Below are positions 41,028 to 52,600 of a stretch of DNA of 64,000 nt, in pieces (positions within the stretch are counted from its first letter, which is position 1; each line of letters starts with the position of its first letter). The stretch is taken from the sequence record NC_049340.1. The stretch is one strand, 5' to 3'. The notes beneath the pieces are model-generated. The model saw only the letters and a program-made list of their open reading frames with translations. It did no database searches and was not told the origin of the DNA. A program made the position numbers and the translations under genes.

Positions 41028-42757
41028 ATGAGTAATGACAAAAAGACCCCTAATATAGATTCGAAAAAGTCCAAAAATAAAAAGGATGAAAAGTATGTTG
41101 GTGTTTTGCTTGACAATGGTATTGAGATACCAAAGAAATCCAAAAAAGCATTTAAAGCACTTTGCGAGTCAGATATTGAATATATCACATTAATTTACCA
41201 TGATGAATACTTATCACATGATGAGAAAATGGATAAGTTAACAAAAAATATGGTGTTGTTGGTCGAACTATTCGTGATTGGTGGGTAAAACTTGGGTTAT
41301 CTAATCCACCAAGTAAGTTACCACCTCAATTACAAAGAGCAATGATGCGCTCAATTGATGATGATACAGATATATTACTTGTGACATCAGCACAAAATAC
41401 AACTAGTATTAACTACAATCAATGGAATGGTATGTTAGAATATTCCAAGTTTATTGAGAAAAAATATAAAAAGAAAGTACAAATAGTTGTAATTCCTGTT
41501 AGGTATAGAAACCCAACATCACCAACCGAGGATATTTCTGTTAAGAATAAAAAACAACAATGGTGGGTTGATGAAGTTGATGAATACCTATACCATAATA
41601 AAATAGAATTTGGTGATAGTGTTATTGATTGTAATTTACCAATTAGAGTAACAACACAAAATCCTTTAAATGGATTGGATTCTATTGCAGGTGACCACCA
41701 TTATATTGTAGGTTCACTTAGACATCACTTCAAAATTATGCCTAGATTCCGTGGTGAGGAACTTAGAGCAATGGCAACAACAGGTTCATTAACTGTTAAA
41801 AACTATTCACGCAGTTTAAGTGGTTCAAAAGGATTCTTTAACCACTCATATGGGTTTACAATTATTGAGAAAAAGAAAGATGGAACATGTCATGTACCTA
41901 GATGTGTATCTGTAGAAGATAATGGAAACTTCACCGACTTAATACACAGACATAAAAATGGTAAATTAAAAATTATCAAGAAGGTTGATGCTATGGTAAT
42001 GGGTGATATTCACCGTGAAGTACTTGATGAAAAGTTAATGAAAGCAACAATTAAATTAACTAATGCATTAAGACCTAAAGCAGTTGTAGTACATGATGTT
42101 CTCGATGGATACAGATTCAATCATCACGAGAAGAAAGATATGTTCATTCTAAGACAAAAAATTGTTGAGGGTAAGTATCTAATTAAAGAAGAAATTAATC
42201 AAGCGGTTGAATTTCCTCAGGAAGTTCTAGACTCTATTAAATGTGAAAAGGTTTATGTAATTGAATCTAACCACGATGTATTCCTAGACAGATATATCAA
42301 TGAGGGTAACTGGAAAAATGATTTACATAACTCACCAGCATATTTAGAGTATGCGTTGATACAACAAACAATTAACTTAAAAGAACATGGTAACATTTTC
42401 GGATATTTAGTTAATACTAGATATAAAGATGATGATAGAATACAATATGTTAAGTATGGTGATGTTGTTAAGATTAATAGAATTAACGTATCTAACCATG
42501 GTGATGCAGGTGTAAATGGTTCAAGAGGGAATGTACAAACATTCAAGAAATTAAATGTTAGGACAATCACCGCACATACACACTCTCCAAGTATTCAAGA
42601 TGGTAACATTTGTGTAGGTTTAAGTGCAGTATTAGACCAATATTACACAAGACGTGGAGCAAGTACACACACACAAGCACACGCATTAATACATAAAACA
42701 GGAAAACGACAATTAGTTGTTTTCTGTGATGATTATAAAATATCACACTTCATTTAA
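41028..42757 (+). CDS. HTH plus calcineurin-like metallophosphoesterase; frameshift at A-run ~41247 joins two ORFs
   Basis: KYGVVGRTIRDWW (HTH); GDIH, HDVLDG, SNHD, NHGD, AHTH. Confidence 0.7.
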
Positions 42758-42775
42758 TAAAAAATCGGAAATACT

Positions 42776-42805
42776 TTTGTGTTTCCGATTTTTTATTTAT
42801 ATTTG
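42776..42805 (+). promoter_or_regulatory. Bacteroidota sigma70-type early promoter
   Basis: TTTG-N18-TATATTTG. Confidence 0.65.
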
Positions 42806-42827
42806 TAATATATTTAAAATTCGAAAG

Positions 42828-43496
42828 ATGCAATCATATTATAGAATTAACAAAGGTGAAAAAGTAAAGATTAAAGGTTTAACTCATTTGAATTTATCGT
42901 TCAAAAATATTAGAGAACTAGAAATTGTTAGTAATGTTTTAGAAAAACTTAATTTACACAACAATCAATTAACATCATTTGATGGAAGTGGGTTAAGTAA
43001 TTTAAAAACACTTTATTTAAGCAACAATCAATTAACATCATTTGATGGAAGTTGGTTAAGTAATTTAAAAACACTTGATTTATACAACAATCAATTAACC
43101 TTTATTTATACAACAATCAATTAACTAATATTAATATAGATTTATCACGATTAATAAAATTAACATCTTCACAAATTGTTGAAGATATTACTAATACTAA
43201 ATGGTTTGGTGTTAATTTTATACCAACAAAAATAATAAGTACTAAACAGCTTGGTGAATATATTATTTATTCAAGTGTTGATTGTTATGTAGCATCAAAA
43301 TATAATTATTATACACACGGTAAAACAATTAAAGATGCTATTAAAGATTTAAACTTTAAAATTCTTCAATAATAGCATCTTTAATTGTTTATGAATTAGT
43401 TAACGAAATTAAAGAACTTAATAATGTTGATGTATTACCTCTTGATGAAGTATTAAACATTACAAAAGTTATTATGGTAATGAAAAATTAAAATAA
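42828..43496 (+). pseudogene. Leucine-rich-repeat protein, disrupted
   Basis: LxLxNNQLTSFDGSxLSNLKTL 21-aa repeats (63-bp units from 42960, 43023, truncated at 43086); downstream frames broken. Confidence 0.7.
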
Positions 43497-43509
43497 TTAT
43501 TTAATTAAC

Positions 43510-43541
43510 AAAAAAAGGAACTAGATTGAGTTCCTTTTTTT
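43510..43541. terminator. Intrinsic terminator
   Basis: aaaaaaaggaact-agattg-agttccttttttt. Confidence 0.8.
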
Positions 43542-43584
43542 GTTTTTCAATACATATACAAAAGGATTCTAATATACAATAAAC

Positions 43585-45474
43585 ATGGATTACGGAAATG
43601 ACATTAATATAGATGGTAAAGTAACTGCCACCGAAAATATACAAGCAAATGCAGTAACTATTCCAATAACTGTTGGTTTTACAAACTTACCTAATACTGT
43701 AATAGATTGGTCAAAATCTAACACATATATTTTGGATATGACTCAAATGAATTTAAGTGGTGGTAATGCTACTACCGATTTAATATTCATTGAGGGTAAT
43801 ACACAAAATGTTAAGAATAGATTAATAATTAAACAACCATCGGCACATGCACCGAATCATGTTGTATTAACTTTAAAGGCATTTGCAACATCAACACAAA
43901 CAACGGCACATACTATTGATGGTGCAACCACAATTCAAGGGCAAATAAATGTTGCTGGTAGAACATCTGTATTAGAATTTAATTTCTTCAATAACACATA
44001 CAGAAACATTGGTTCTGAATACACAGAGAATACAAATTATAGTTCAAATACTGTTATTGTTGATGGTGAAACATATAACCAATCATTATCTAAATTAGAT
44101 GAGGTTTTTGGTAAGATTGCACCATTACCACCGTTAATTACAGAGACAGCTAAATTAACACAAACATGGGATGCATCAACACCAGTTCAAACAGGTTGGA
44201 AATTACTTTCTAATGCTGGTAACATAACAAACATGACATTTGTTGACCCTATAATTCACATAAAATCATTTAGAGTTGCAACAACAGGAAACACATCAGC
44301 TACAGTTGATGCTGTTAATAAAGGTTCTGTAGCAAATAATAGTTTTGGTGCAACGTTACCTAGTTCACAAACAAACTTAGGTTTAACTATTAATAAAGTA
44401 CAATATAATGCATTACATCCAGCATTTGAAGCATCTTTAAATATTAGTGGTGCTAGTGCAGTACCAGCAGGTAGTGCAGAAAAAGTTTTAATTATAACAG
44501 TTGATTCAATTAGTGATAACTTTAGATTTAGACGATACACAAAACCAAGTCAATTAACTGCACCAACCGCATCTGTTTTTAGTTGTGATGTAATACCATC
44601 AACGGATTATGTTTGTGGTATTCCTGTAGTTAGACAAGGTAAAAACCTTAAACCTACAATACAATTCAAAAACATATCATATAAAGATGGTTCTGATGGT
44701 TGTTATGGAACAACAGTTGGTAAGATTATTGGAAATTCTATTAATGAAATCATAATTAATTCTGATACTAATACTAATATGTTGGCATCCGCACCACATT
44801 CACCAGCAATGCCATTAACTATTCCAGTAAATGCAAATGTTTTTGAACAAAATGCGACATTAACTGCATATAATTATGTTGCTCAGATAGGTTCTAATGG
44901 TGATAGTGCAACACTTTCAAATAGTACAAATCCTATAATAATTGATAGTAAAACAAATCAATCATTATTTGGAATTGACCACACAAAACCATTAACGGAT
45001 GCAGTAAATAATACAAAACCATTAATATTAGGTGGATTAGTACAGTATCCAAATACAGATTATTCAAATACGTGGAATGGTTCAGCACCTCATGGTGGAC
45101 TAAACTATACTACTATATCAAATGATAGATATATTGAATTATCAATATCATTGGCTGGACACTCTAGAGTTAGGGTTAACTTCTCTAATCAAAGTGGATT
45201 TAGTAATAGTGCGATTGAATATTCAAGTGCATATGCAGTAGAAGTTAGAAGAGCAGATAAGAGTGGTGAAGTTTATAATGGTAATAGTGCATATGATGGT
45301 GTTGGTGTCGTTGCAAACGGTGATGGTGCATTAGATGTTGCACAGAGTACACAAAGTACCAAGATGTTAACTTTAGGTGAGGTTGTAACAACAACGGTAA
45401 CTGTTAGAATAATATTAAAAAGTGGTTCGGTTCATAAATTTGACCAATCAGTAAGTTTAACCGCATTACAATAA
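43585..45474 (+). CDS. Putative virion (tail/baseplate) protein
   Basis: 629 aa, Thr/Ser/Asn beta-rich; late-type motif 43549-43556. Confidence 0.6.
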   Translation: MDYGNDINIDGKVTATENIQANAVTIPITVGFTNLPNTVIDWSKSNTYILDMTQMNLSGGNATTDLIFIEGNTQNVKNRLIIKQPSAHAPNHVVLTLKAFATSTQTTAHTIDGATTIQGQINVAGRTSVLEFNFFNNTYRNIGSEYTENTNYSSNTVIVDGETYNQSLSKLDEVFGKIAPLPPLITETAKLTQTWDASTPVQTGWKLLSNAGNITNMTFVDPIIHIKSFRVATTGNTSATVDAVNKGSVANNSFGATLPSSQTNLGLTINKVQYNALHPAFEASLNISGASAVPAGSAEKVLIITVDSISDNFRFRRYTKPSQLTAPTASVFSCDVIPSTDYVCGIPVVRQGKNLKPTIQFKNISYKDGSDGCYGTTVGKIIGNSINEIIINSDTNTNMLASAPHSPAMPLTIPVNANVFEQNATLTAYNYVAQIGSNGDSATLSNSTNPIIIDSKTNQSLFGIDHTKPLTDAVNNTKPLILGGLVQYPNTDYSNTWNGSAPHGGLNYTTISNDRYIELSISLAGHSRVRVNFSNQSGFSNSAIEYSSAYAVEVRRADKSGEVYNGNSAYDGVGVVANGDGALDVAQSTQSTKMLTLGEVVTTTVTVRIILKSGSVHKFDQSVSLTALQ

Positions 45475-45484
45475 AATAATAAAG

Positions 45485-46258
45485 ATGCCAATATCGAATA
45501 ATCAAAAAGCAGAAAAAGCATATAAAAAGACTGTTTTTGGTGTATCCATGACAGCCGATGATAAATCATACTACACCGAACCTCAGAGTCCAAATTCAGT
45601 TAGGTCAAAATATATTTGGTTGGATGATGGATTAGTACCAAATACTGCACCAGCATCACCAGTAATTGATAAAATATATGATAAGAATGGTGTTGATGTT
45701 GTAACAAGTGGATTACAAGGTGTTATACAATATAAAGAGGTTGTTATGACCCAAGTTGTTGGGTCACCTAACGCTTTTAGCATACCTGATAACTTTGCAA
45801 TACCATTTAATGAATTTGATGGTAAATATGCACCTGTATTTGTGAATAATACAACTAGTGTAGTAATACCATTTGGTTTAAATTCTATGGAATTTGATGC
45901 ATCAGCAGGTGTTTTATATTTTGTTGATGGTAAACCAACAAACATAACTAGTGTTAAAATAAAGTACTGGAAGTATGTTGGTAGAACTCTAAATAGTGTT
46001 GCAACAAATTTAGGTGTATTATCTGTTACCGAATTTCCACTACATGCTAGTGCGCCAAATTGTAGTGTAACTGGTAATGTATTAACATTAACACACAACC
46101 TAAAAACAACAACAACATATTGGAAAATATTAAAGGGTAAGCAAGTTATATTTCCTAGTACTGTTGAAGAAACTGATTTAAATACATTCAAGATAACATT
46201 TGATCCAATGGTTACTGCTGGTGATAATGTTAAGATACAAATAAGTAAATTAGCATAA
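45485..46258 (+). CDS. Putative virion protein
   Basis: Beta-rich, structural cluster. Confidence 0.55.
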   Translation: MPISNNQKAEKAYKKTVFGVSMTADDKSYYTEPQSPNSVRSKYIWLDDGLVPNTAPASPVIDKIYDKNGVDVVTSGLQGVIQYKEVVMTQVVGSPNAFSIPDNFAIPFNEFDGKYAPVFVNNTTSVVIPFGLNSMEFDASAGVLYFVDGKPTNITSVKIKYWKYVGRTLNSVATNLGVLSVTEFPLHASAPNCSVTGNVLTLTHNLKTTTTYWKILKGKQVIFPSTVEETDLNTFKITFDPMVTAGDNVKIQISKLA

Positions 46259-46259
46259 A

Positions 46260-48119
46260 ATGATAGTACAAGCAAATTCAAACATATCATACATCATTTA
46301 TTTTGATAAGGTGTCCGCAATAGCAAATATTGTACCATACCACGAACAATCAAATTTTGATGAAATTACATACCGATTTGCTTATTCTTTTGATAATAGT
46401 ACATGGTCTGAATGGTTTATTACTAGTGGTGAATTAACTACACATTTAAACCAAAATCCAACAAACTTTGGAAACATATATACAAAGGTTGAGGTAAAAG
46501 CAAACAAAGGTTATACATTACATTATGCATTCTATAAACTTAAATGTGTTCAAGTTGATGGTAAGGATTTAAAAGTCCTTAATATGCAATTTGGTTCAAA
46601 GAATAACATATTACAACGAACAAATACAAAGAATCTTTATAGACCCTACAGAGATACCAACAAGGCGCAAGAGTTGAATAAAACTCTTGCACGTGGTATT
46701 TCTGATGTATTTTCACATGAATGTATTTATTTCAGAACTGAACCATCACAAGCAGATAGATTAACAACATTCAAAACATTTCCGTTAGTAAATGTAAAGG
46801 AAAAGAAACCACTAAAAATTCTAATCAATAGAAATGAATTACCATCAAACAGGTATCAATATAGTGAGTTCGATTATGACTTTCAAGATGAGTTGGAAAT
46901 ACACATAGTTATTGATGTTTGGCGTGAAGTTTTTAGTAATGCAGAACCAAATGGTAATGATTACTTATTCCTACCATTGACTAATAGAATGTATCAAATT
47001 AATACGGTATATGACCACAAAACATTCATGCATAAAGCAACATTCTACAGGGCAATGTTAGTTGAGTTTGAAGACCGTGCAGATGTTATTGAACCTGATG
47101 AAATTAAAAAGGAATTAGAGCAGTATGTTGAATATGTTGATTCTTTTGATTTAGATAAATTAGAGGATGAGAAAAAGGATGCAGAGAGAACTGAATTACA
47201 TGAACCAACACAAATAGATATGGTAACTGATATTAAGAAATCGGAAGTTGTTTATAATGGTGTTAGTGTTGTTGACTACATGTATGATTGGTCAACAAAA
47301 AATAATTCAATATTAGCTAACACATACAATGTAACACAAAAGGATGATGAATTTAGTATTTCCTTTTGGTTCAAGCCACATAAAGCAACACACTCAACTG
47401 ATGAGCATGAAATATTATCAGCAGTTAGTGATACCAACAATAGGTTACTAAGGTTATATGAGACTAATTTAGACACTTTAACAACCGAGATAGAGGTAAA
47501 ACCCCAACAAAGGTTTAAAGTTGTTTTAAATACCGTTAAAATGGATTCTACTAAGTTATATGGCGTAGTTATTAATTACGCATATAATAAAACAGGAACA
47601 TTTATTACAATGTCTGTTTTAGATCCAACATTCACTATTATTGGTGAGATTGTAGACCAAAGTATACCTAAATTACCTAAGAGAATAAGTAAATTATCAA
47701 TACATGGTGGTATACAAATTGGTAATATAAGAATGAAGAAGACAATAACACCAAAATCTAAGATTTTGGCTGAGTTGACTCATCAAATACCTGAACCATC
47801 AAAATATTATGTTGCTGATAATGCAGTTCCTGAATTAGTTTCTAATAATTCAAAAACTGCTGATTGTATTACAACTGGTAAACCAATAACAACACCAAGT
47901 ATAACAAGTAACGAAACATTACAAAGAATACTTGCTGAATGTGCAGACCCTAACAATACTGTTGAAGAGTTAACAACTGCTGAAAGGAATGCAATAACAT
48001 TCGAACATAATTCTATTATATACAACACGGATGTAAAGCAATACGAAAGATACGAAGTTAATAAATGGGTAACATACCCAATAGGAAAACAAGATATACA
48101 AAGTCAACAAGGCTGGTAA
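46260..48119 (+). CDS. Neck/head-tail adaptor gp14-like domain with added LamG-like domain
   Basis: EPNGNDYLFLPLTNRMYQINTV; FSISFWFKP. Confidence 0.5.
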   Translation: MIVQANSNISYIIYFDKVSAIANIVPYHEQSNFDEITYRFAYSFDNSTWSEWFITSGELTTHLNQNPTNFGNIYTKVEVKANKGYTLHYAFYKLKCVQVDGKDLKVLNMQFGSKNNILQRTNTKNLYRPYRDTNKAQELNKTLARGISDVFSHECIYFRTEPSQADRLTTFKTFPLVNVKEKKPLKILINRNELPSNRYQYSEFDYDFQDELEIHIVIDVWREVFSNAEPNGNDYLFLPLTNRMYQINTVYDHKTFMHKATFYRAMLVEFEDRADVIEPDEIKKELEQYVEYVDSFDLDKLEDEKKDAERTELHEPTQIDMVTDIKKSEVVYNGVSVVDYMYDWSTKNNSILANTYNVTQKDDEFSISFWFKPHKATHSTDEHEILSAVSDTNNRLLRLYETNLDTLTTEIEVKPQQRFKVVLNTVKMDSTKLYGVVINYAYNKTGTFITMSVLDPTFTIIGEIVDQSIPKLPKRISKLSIHGGIQIGNIRMKKTITPKSKILAELTHQIPEPSKYYVADNAVPELVSNNSKTADCITTGKPITTPSITSNETLQRILAECADPNNTVEELTTAERNAITFEHNSIIYNTDVKQYERYEVNKWVTYPIGKQDIQSQQGW

Positions 48120-48151
48120 AAAAATTGCACCCATTTGGGTGCAATTTTTAT
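48118..48151. terminator. Bidirectional terminator
   Basis: aaaaattgcaccc-attt-gggtgcaattttt. Confidence 0.85.
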
Positions 48152-48837
48152 TTTAGATATTTATCTAAATTCTTTTTATCTTTTACAATATAACCTTTTT
48201 TGTACAATTCAACAAATTTTGATATTTTCATATCTGATGTTGTTGATTCACCCATTTCATATTCAAGATAAACCGAACCATCTAGATTTCTATAATCATT
48301 GGGTGATTTAATATACCGCTTCTTAATGGTAATATCATATACTCTATTTCTTTCACCAGTACCAATTTTCATATCATACCCAGTACCACTAAAAAGTGCA
48401 AAGAATTTCGTATTTTCTTCAACAATTTTATCAAACTCAACATTACGTTCAATTAATGATATATAAACCTCATCATTTAATTGTTCTACTCGATTATGAC
48501 CTTTTTCAAAATATGAATCTTCTAACTTACCTGATGGTCTTTTTGGTTTTGCTACAACAGAAATATTAATAGGCACATCATCAACAATAACCTTATGTAT
48601 ATATGATTTATTACCTTTTTTTAGAATGTTTATAATCTTTTTAATTATCGACAACTCATCTTTATCAATAACTTCTTTTTTATCACCATTCAAAGTTTCT
48701 AAAATAATTTTTTTGCCTGCAATATACACTTTATTATAATTGTATAAATCTTGCACAAACTTAAAAATTTTATTAACATCAACAACTTTTGTCTCAACAA
48801 TAAAATTTTCACTTATAACACTATAAAGTTTTCTCAA
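48148..48837 (-). CDS. Hypothetical protein
   Basis: ORF track; late-type motif upstream on minus strand. Confidence 0.7.
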   Translation of the reverse strand: MRKLYSVISENFIVETKVVDVNKIFKFVQDLYNYNKVYIAGKKIILETLNGDKKEVIDKDELSIIKKIINILKKGNKSYIHKVIVDDVPINISVVAKPKRPSGKLEDSYFEKGHNRVEQLNDEVYISLIERNVEFDKIVEENTKFFALFSGTGYDMKIGTGERNRVYDITIKKRYIKSPNDYRNLDGSVYLEYEMGESTTSDMKISKFVELYKKGYIVKDKKNLDKYLK

Positions 48838-48928
48838 TATATATATATATTGTTTATACTATGTATTATCATTTTAAAAACAAAGATACATAATTAAAAG
48901 GATAATAAACCCCAAAAACAAAAATAAT

Positions 48929-49621
48929 ATGAGTGATTGGAATGATGAAACACCTGATGACTTTACTGGTGGTGATTTACAGTATTTGGAATCATATAAG
49001 GAAATGGAAGTTGATAATACTTTCATAAATATTGGGATAGATGCTACTAACTTGGTTACAGAGTTATGTAACATGTATTTAAAGAATGATTTAATAAGTA
49101 ATGAAGACCATGTAAAGGCAATTGCATCAATTGAGATAACACAATTAACAAGTGCTATGATGGCTGTTCGTTCTGTTGAACACGCATTACAAACATTGAT
49201 GAGACAATTAGATGCTGGTGGGTATGTTAATGAAAATATATTTGAACAGATAAACACACTGTCTAAAACATCAATGGACTTAACCATAAAGGCTACGCAT
49301 TATGTAAGGTCATTACCTGAGTATTTAAAATTTACGGCAACAGAAATGAAAGAACAGGGATTAATGAAAGCTGTTGAGATTGTTCAAGATGCATCCGATA
49401 TTAGTTCACTATCTGCTAGTGATGAAGATTCAGGAACATACGGAAACAACACATCCGGGCCGATAGTCGGAACACGTGCATTAATGCTTCAAATACGTGA
49501 TGAAGAAAACAACTTACCTGAGTTAATCGCAAACGCTGAGGAAGAACAAAAAGAACTCGAAAGAGAGAACCTAAAAATGGATGATGAATCTGATTTTGGG
49601 CATATAGAAACTGATGAATAA
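48929..49621 (+). CDS. Hypothetical protein, possibly terminase small subunit (gp16-like)
   Basis: Helical core and PIVGTRALML resembling the gp16 C-terminal FVGST.EL motif. Confidence 0.35.
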   Translation: MSDWNDETPDDFTGGDLQYLESYKEMEVDNTFINIGIDATNLVTELCNMYLKNDLISNEDHVKAIASIEITQLTSAMMAVRSVEHALQTLMRQLDAGGYVNENIFEQINTLSKTSMDLTIKATHYVRSLPEYLKFTATEMKEQGLMKAVEIVQDASDISSLSASDEDSGTYGNNTSGPIVGTRALMLQIRDEENNLPELIANAEEEQKELERENLKMDDESDFGHIETDE

Positions 49622-49648
49622 AAACAGCACCGTGTGGTGCTGTTTTTC
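49620..49648. terminator. Intrinsic terminator
   Basis: aaaacagcacc-gtgt-ggtgctgtttt. Confidence 0.8.
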
Positions 49649-49697
49649 TTTTATATGATACATATACAAAAGGGATTAACACTCTAAAAACAAAATA

Positions 49698-52600
49698 ATG
49701 ATATTTTCACTACAAAGAACAAATCCACGATTAGCAACAAACATAAAACTTATTATTGATGATAAGGATAATATGTTTTTGGAAACAATAAACTCAACAG
49801 AGTTGTTGGAGCGTTCGGTATATAAGGCATATCCGTATAATAAATCATTATCATATGGTACTAATATAAAGAACTTCGCAAACCAGTTTCCAAATAAAGA
49901 TGTGTTGTATGATATAGTTGATGAAACTAAATTTAATGTAACGGATAGAACTAGTTTACAGTATCACCAAATATATGATTATGGAGTGTATTCTGATGCA
50001 TCAAAATTAATTGATGCTAATTATAGATTCTTTGCACCAATTCATATAAATAAAAAGGATACAAAAACACCAAGTGCATTTGTTATATTCAAAATACCAG
50101 CCAAGAATAAACAAGTTGATAAATCATTCAATAAGTTATCAGATTTTATAAATTATGGAACACTTGTAAATGTATTTGATTTATCAAAAATAAAATCTAT
50201 ATTTGATGGTATAGAGGATAGTTCAGTTAATATGCAATATGAACAAGGAACTATAACAACTGGGTTATCTTTAGATAGTGGATTGATGGTATCAAAAACC
50301 GAATCTGTTATTGATGCATTACTAGCCAATGAAACAACTATAACTGAATTTGAAAATAATATTACAAATAAATTTAGAGAGCATCACCTAATGTATTCCA
50401 ATGTAATAAACATGGAGTTTGCATTTAATGATAGTTCTGATGATAAATTTGTTAGATACTTTGGAATGTATGTTGACTTTAATGAAGTTACTGAAACAAT
50501 TGCAAAGGAATATGATAACATGGGTGTTATTAGATTACTTAGACAACAAAATGGATACAAACTATACAACAATACATTATCATTAAATAAATATGATGTT
50601 ATTAGACAAAGTAGATTGGCTAATGGTTTTGGATTAGAAAAGGCTGGTGAAGTTAGATTAAAGATAGTACTTAGACCAACGGCTGGTGAAAAGTTAGTTC
50701 TAAAATATGGTAATGAAGTTGAGCATACAATACAATGGAACTCTACCAACATACAATCTAATATTATCACAACAGCAACATGGATTGCTAATGAACTTAC
50801 AACAAAATATAAAGGAAACTTCACAACAATTAGAGCATTTGTTGAGAATAATAATGAGGTTGTAATACGTTCTAATAACACATCACTATCTGCTGAAAAT
50901 TTAAAGATTGAAGTTCCAAATAGTATACAAGTTATTCAACCATTATACACAAAAGAAACATACAATAATAATCTTATTGGTAGTGGTAGTAATACTATAA
51001 GTGTTAACACATACTTTAATCCAAAAAAATACAATAAATTACAGTATATTGATAATGCTGGTGTAAAAAAATCATCAGATATTACAATGGTTACCAAATA
51101 TGCTGGTGACTATTTATATAGATTAAAAGACCCTATTTTAAATAAAGATACAACACCTAATACTGTATGGTTTCTAGAAACACTAACAGAGCAACCTATT
51201 ATATGTTCTGTTATTCAACATAGGGATTTTAGTTTTGACACTACTGAAACAATGTATAATGATGTTTTGGATTTTGATATAGTTAAGTATAAAGAATACC
51301 TTTTATCAATAGTTAATGACTCTAATTTTAGAGGTCGTGTTGATGAATTATATAATGACAGACACCCTAATTTACCAGCATCAGAAACAGAATTATCTGA
51401 ATATAAAACAAATTTAATTAATAATATCAATAGTTATTTTGATAATATTGACCTTAATAGAAGTTATTTATATAAAGATATTGATGTTTTTACAGAAGAG
51501 GCAACAACAATCAACAATGAGTATGATAGATTATCTGAAAACACATTACCATCATTATCAACCATAAATAAATTATATCCATTTATTAATAAGTGGAGTT
51601 ATAAGGATGGTACTGATGTCTATGGAAATGATTATAGACTTAACATTTCATTACCATTTAGGTATGAATCATTCACACCATCATTGGAAAGTGTTGAACG
51701 TGATATAAGATACCATACACACTCATGGTTAATTATTGGTGAGGGTAGGAATCCATATCTATATGTTAATGAACAAAATATTAGAAAGTGTTTATCATAC
51801 TCTAGATTACCTTTGACTCGTGATTTGTTATTATCTAAAACCGTAGATGCATACACATATCTAAAATATAAAACATCTGTTAGGGAACACACTTCATATT
51901 CAAAATTAGTTTGGAATAAGGAACAGAGTGCATGTTATACTTATTTTAGAGGTGTTTTGCTTAGGTTTGATGATAGGACATTGGATGACTATAAATTTTC
52001 AGCAATATTATTTAGTCAAAAACCTGTAAAGGAAGATGTATTAACAACTGAATGGTTAAGAAACGACACACACAAAACATTAACATTAATAGTTAATTTT
52101 TATATACCTGACCCAATATTAACGAGTTTAGAACGTGGTGAGCAGTATTATTTTTTAGACCGTTCGTTATTATACTTTTCTGAGAATATTTATTCTACAG
52201 GATTGAATACGATTGATTTTGGTACTGACCAAATATCATTAACACTATATGATAATACAAGTCCAAAAACATACTTAGGTAATGTTGTTACAAATAAGTG
52301 GCATTATACTGATGGTGGACAAACTTTATTATACGTTAGTAGAGGTAATGTTAATAGATTCAATACACCATTAAATGAGTTGCTAAATATTGGTCAAGAT
52401 TTTACAATTGATTTTACAAGTACTGAGGATTTAACAAATCCTAATTATGGTATGCAGATAACTTTCAAGAACATTCAGGAAGTTAAAACAGACCATTTTT
52501 GGTGTACCGATATACTTGTTAAGAACATATTGACACGTGACCCTGATGGAGTTGATGACACAAACCCAAATGATAATGTTATTGAATCCACAGAAGATCA

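Noticed and set aside
42960-43125. CRISPR array
   Set aside because: The units are contiguous 63-bp coding LRR repeats without unique spacers; no CRISPR array or cas gene was seen anywhere.
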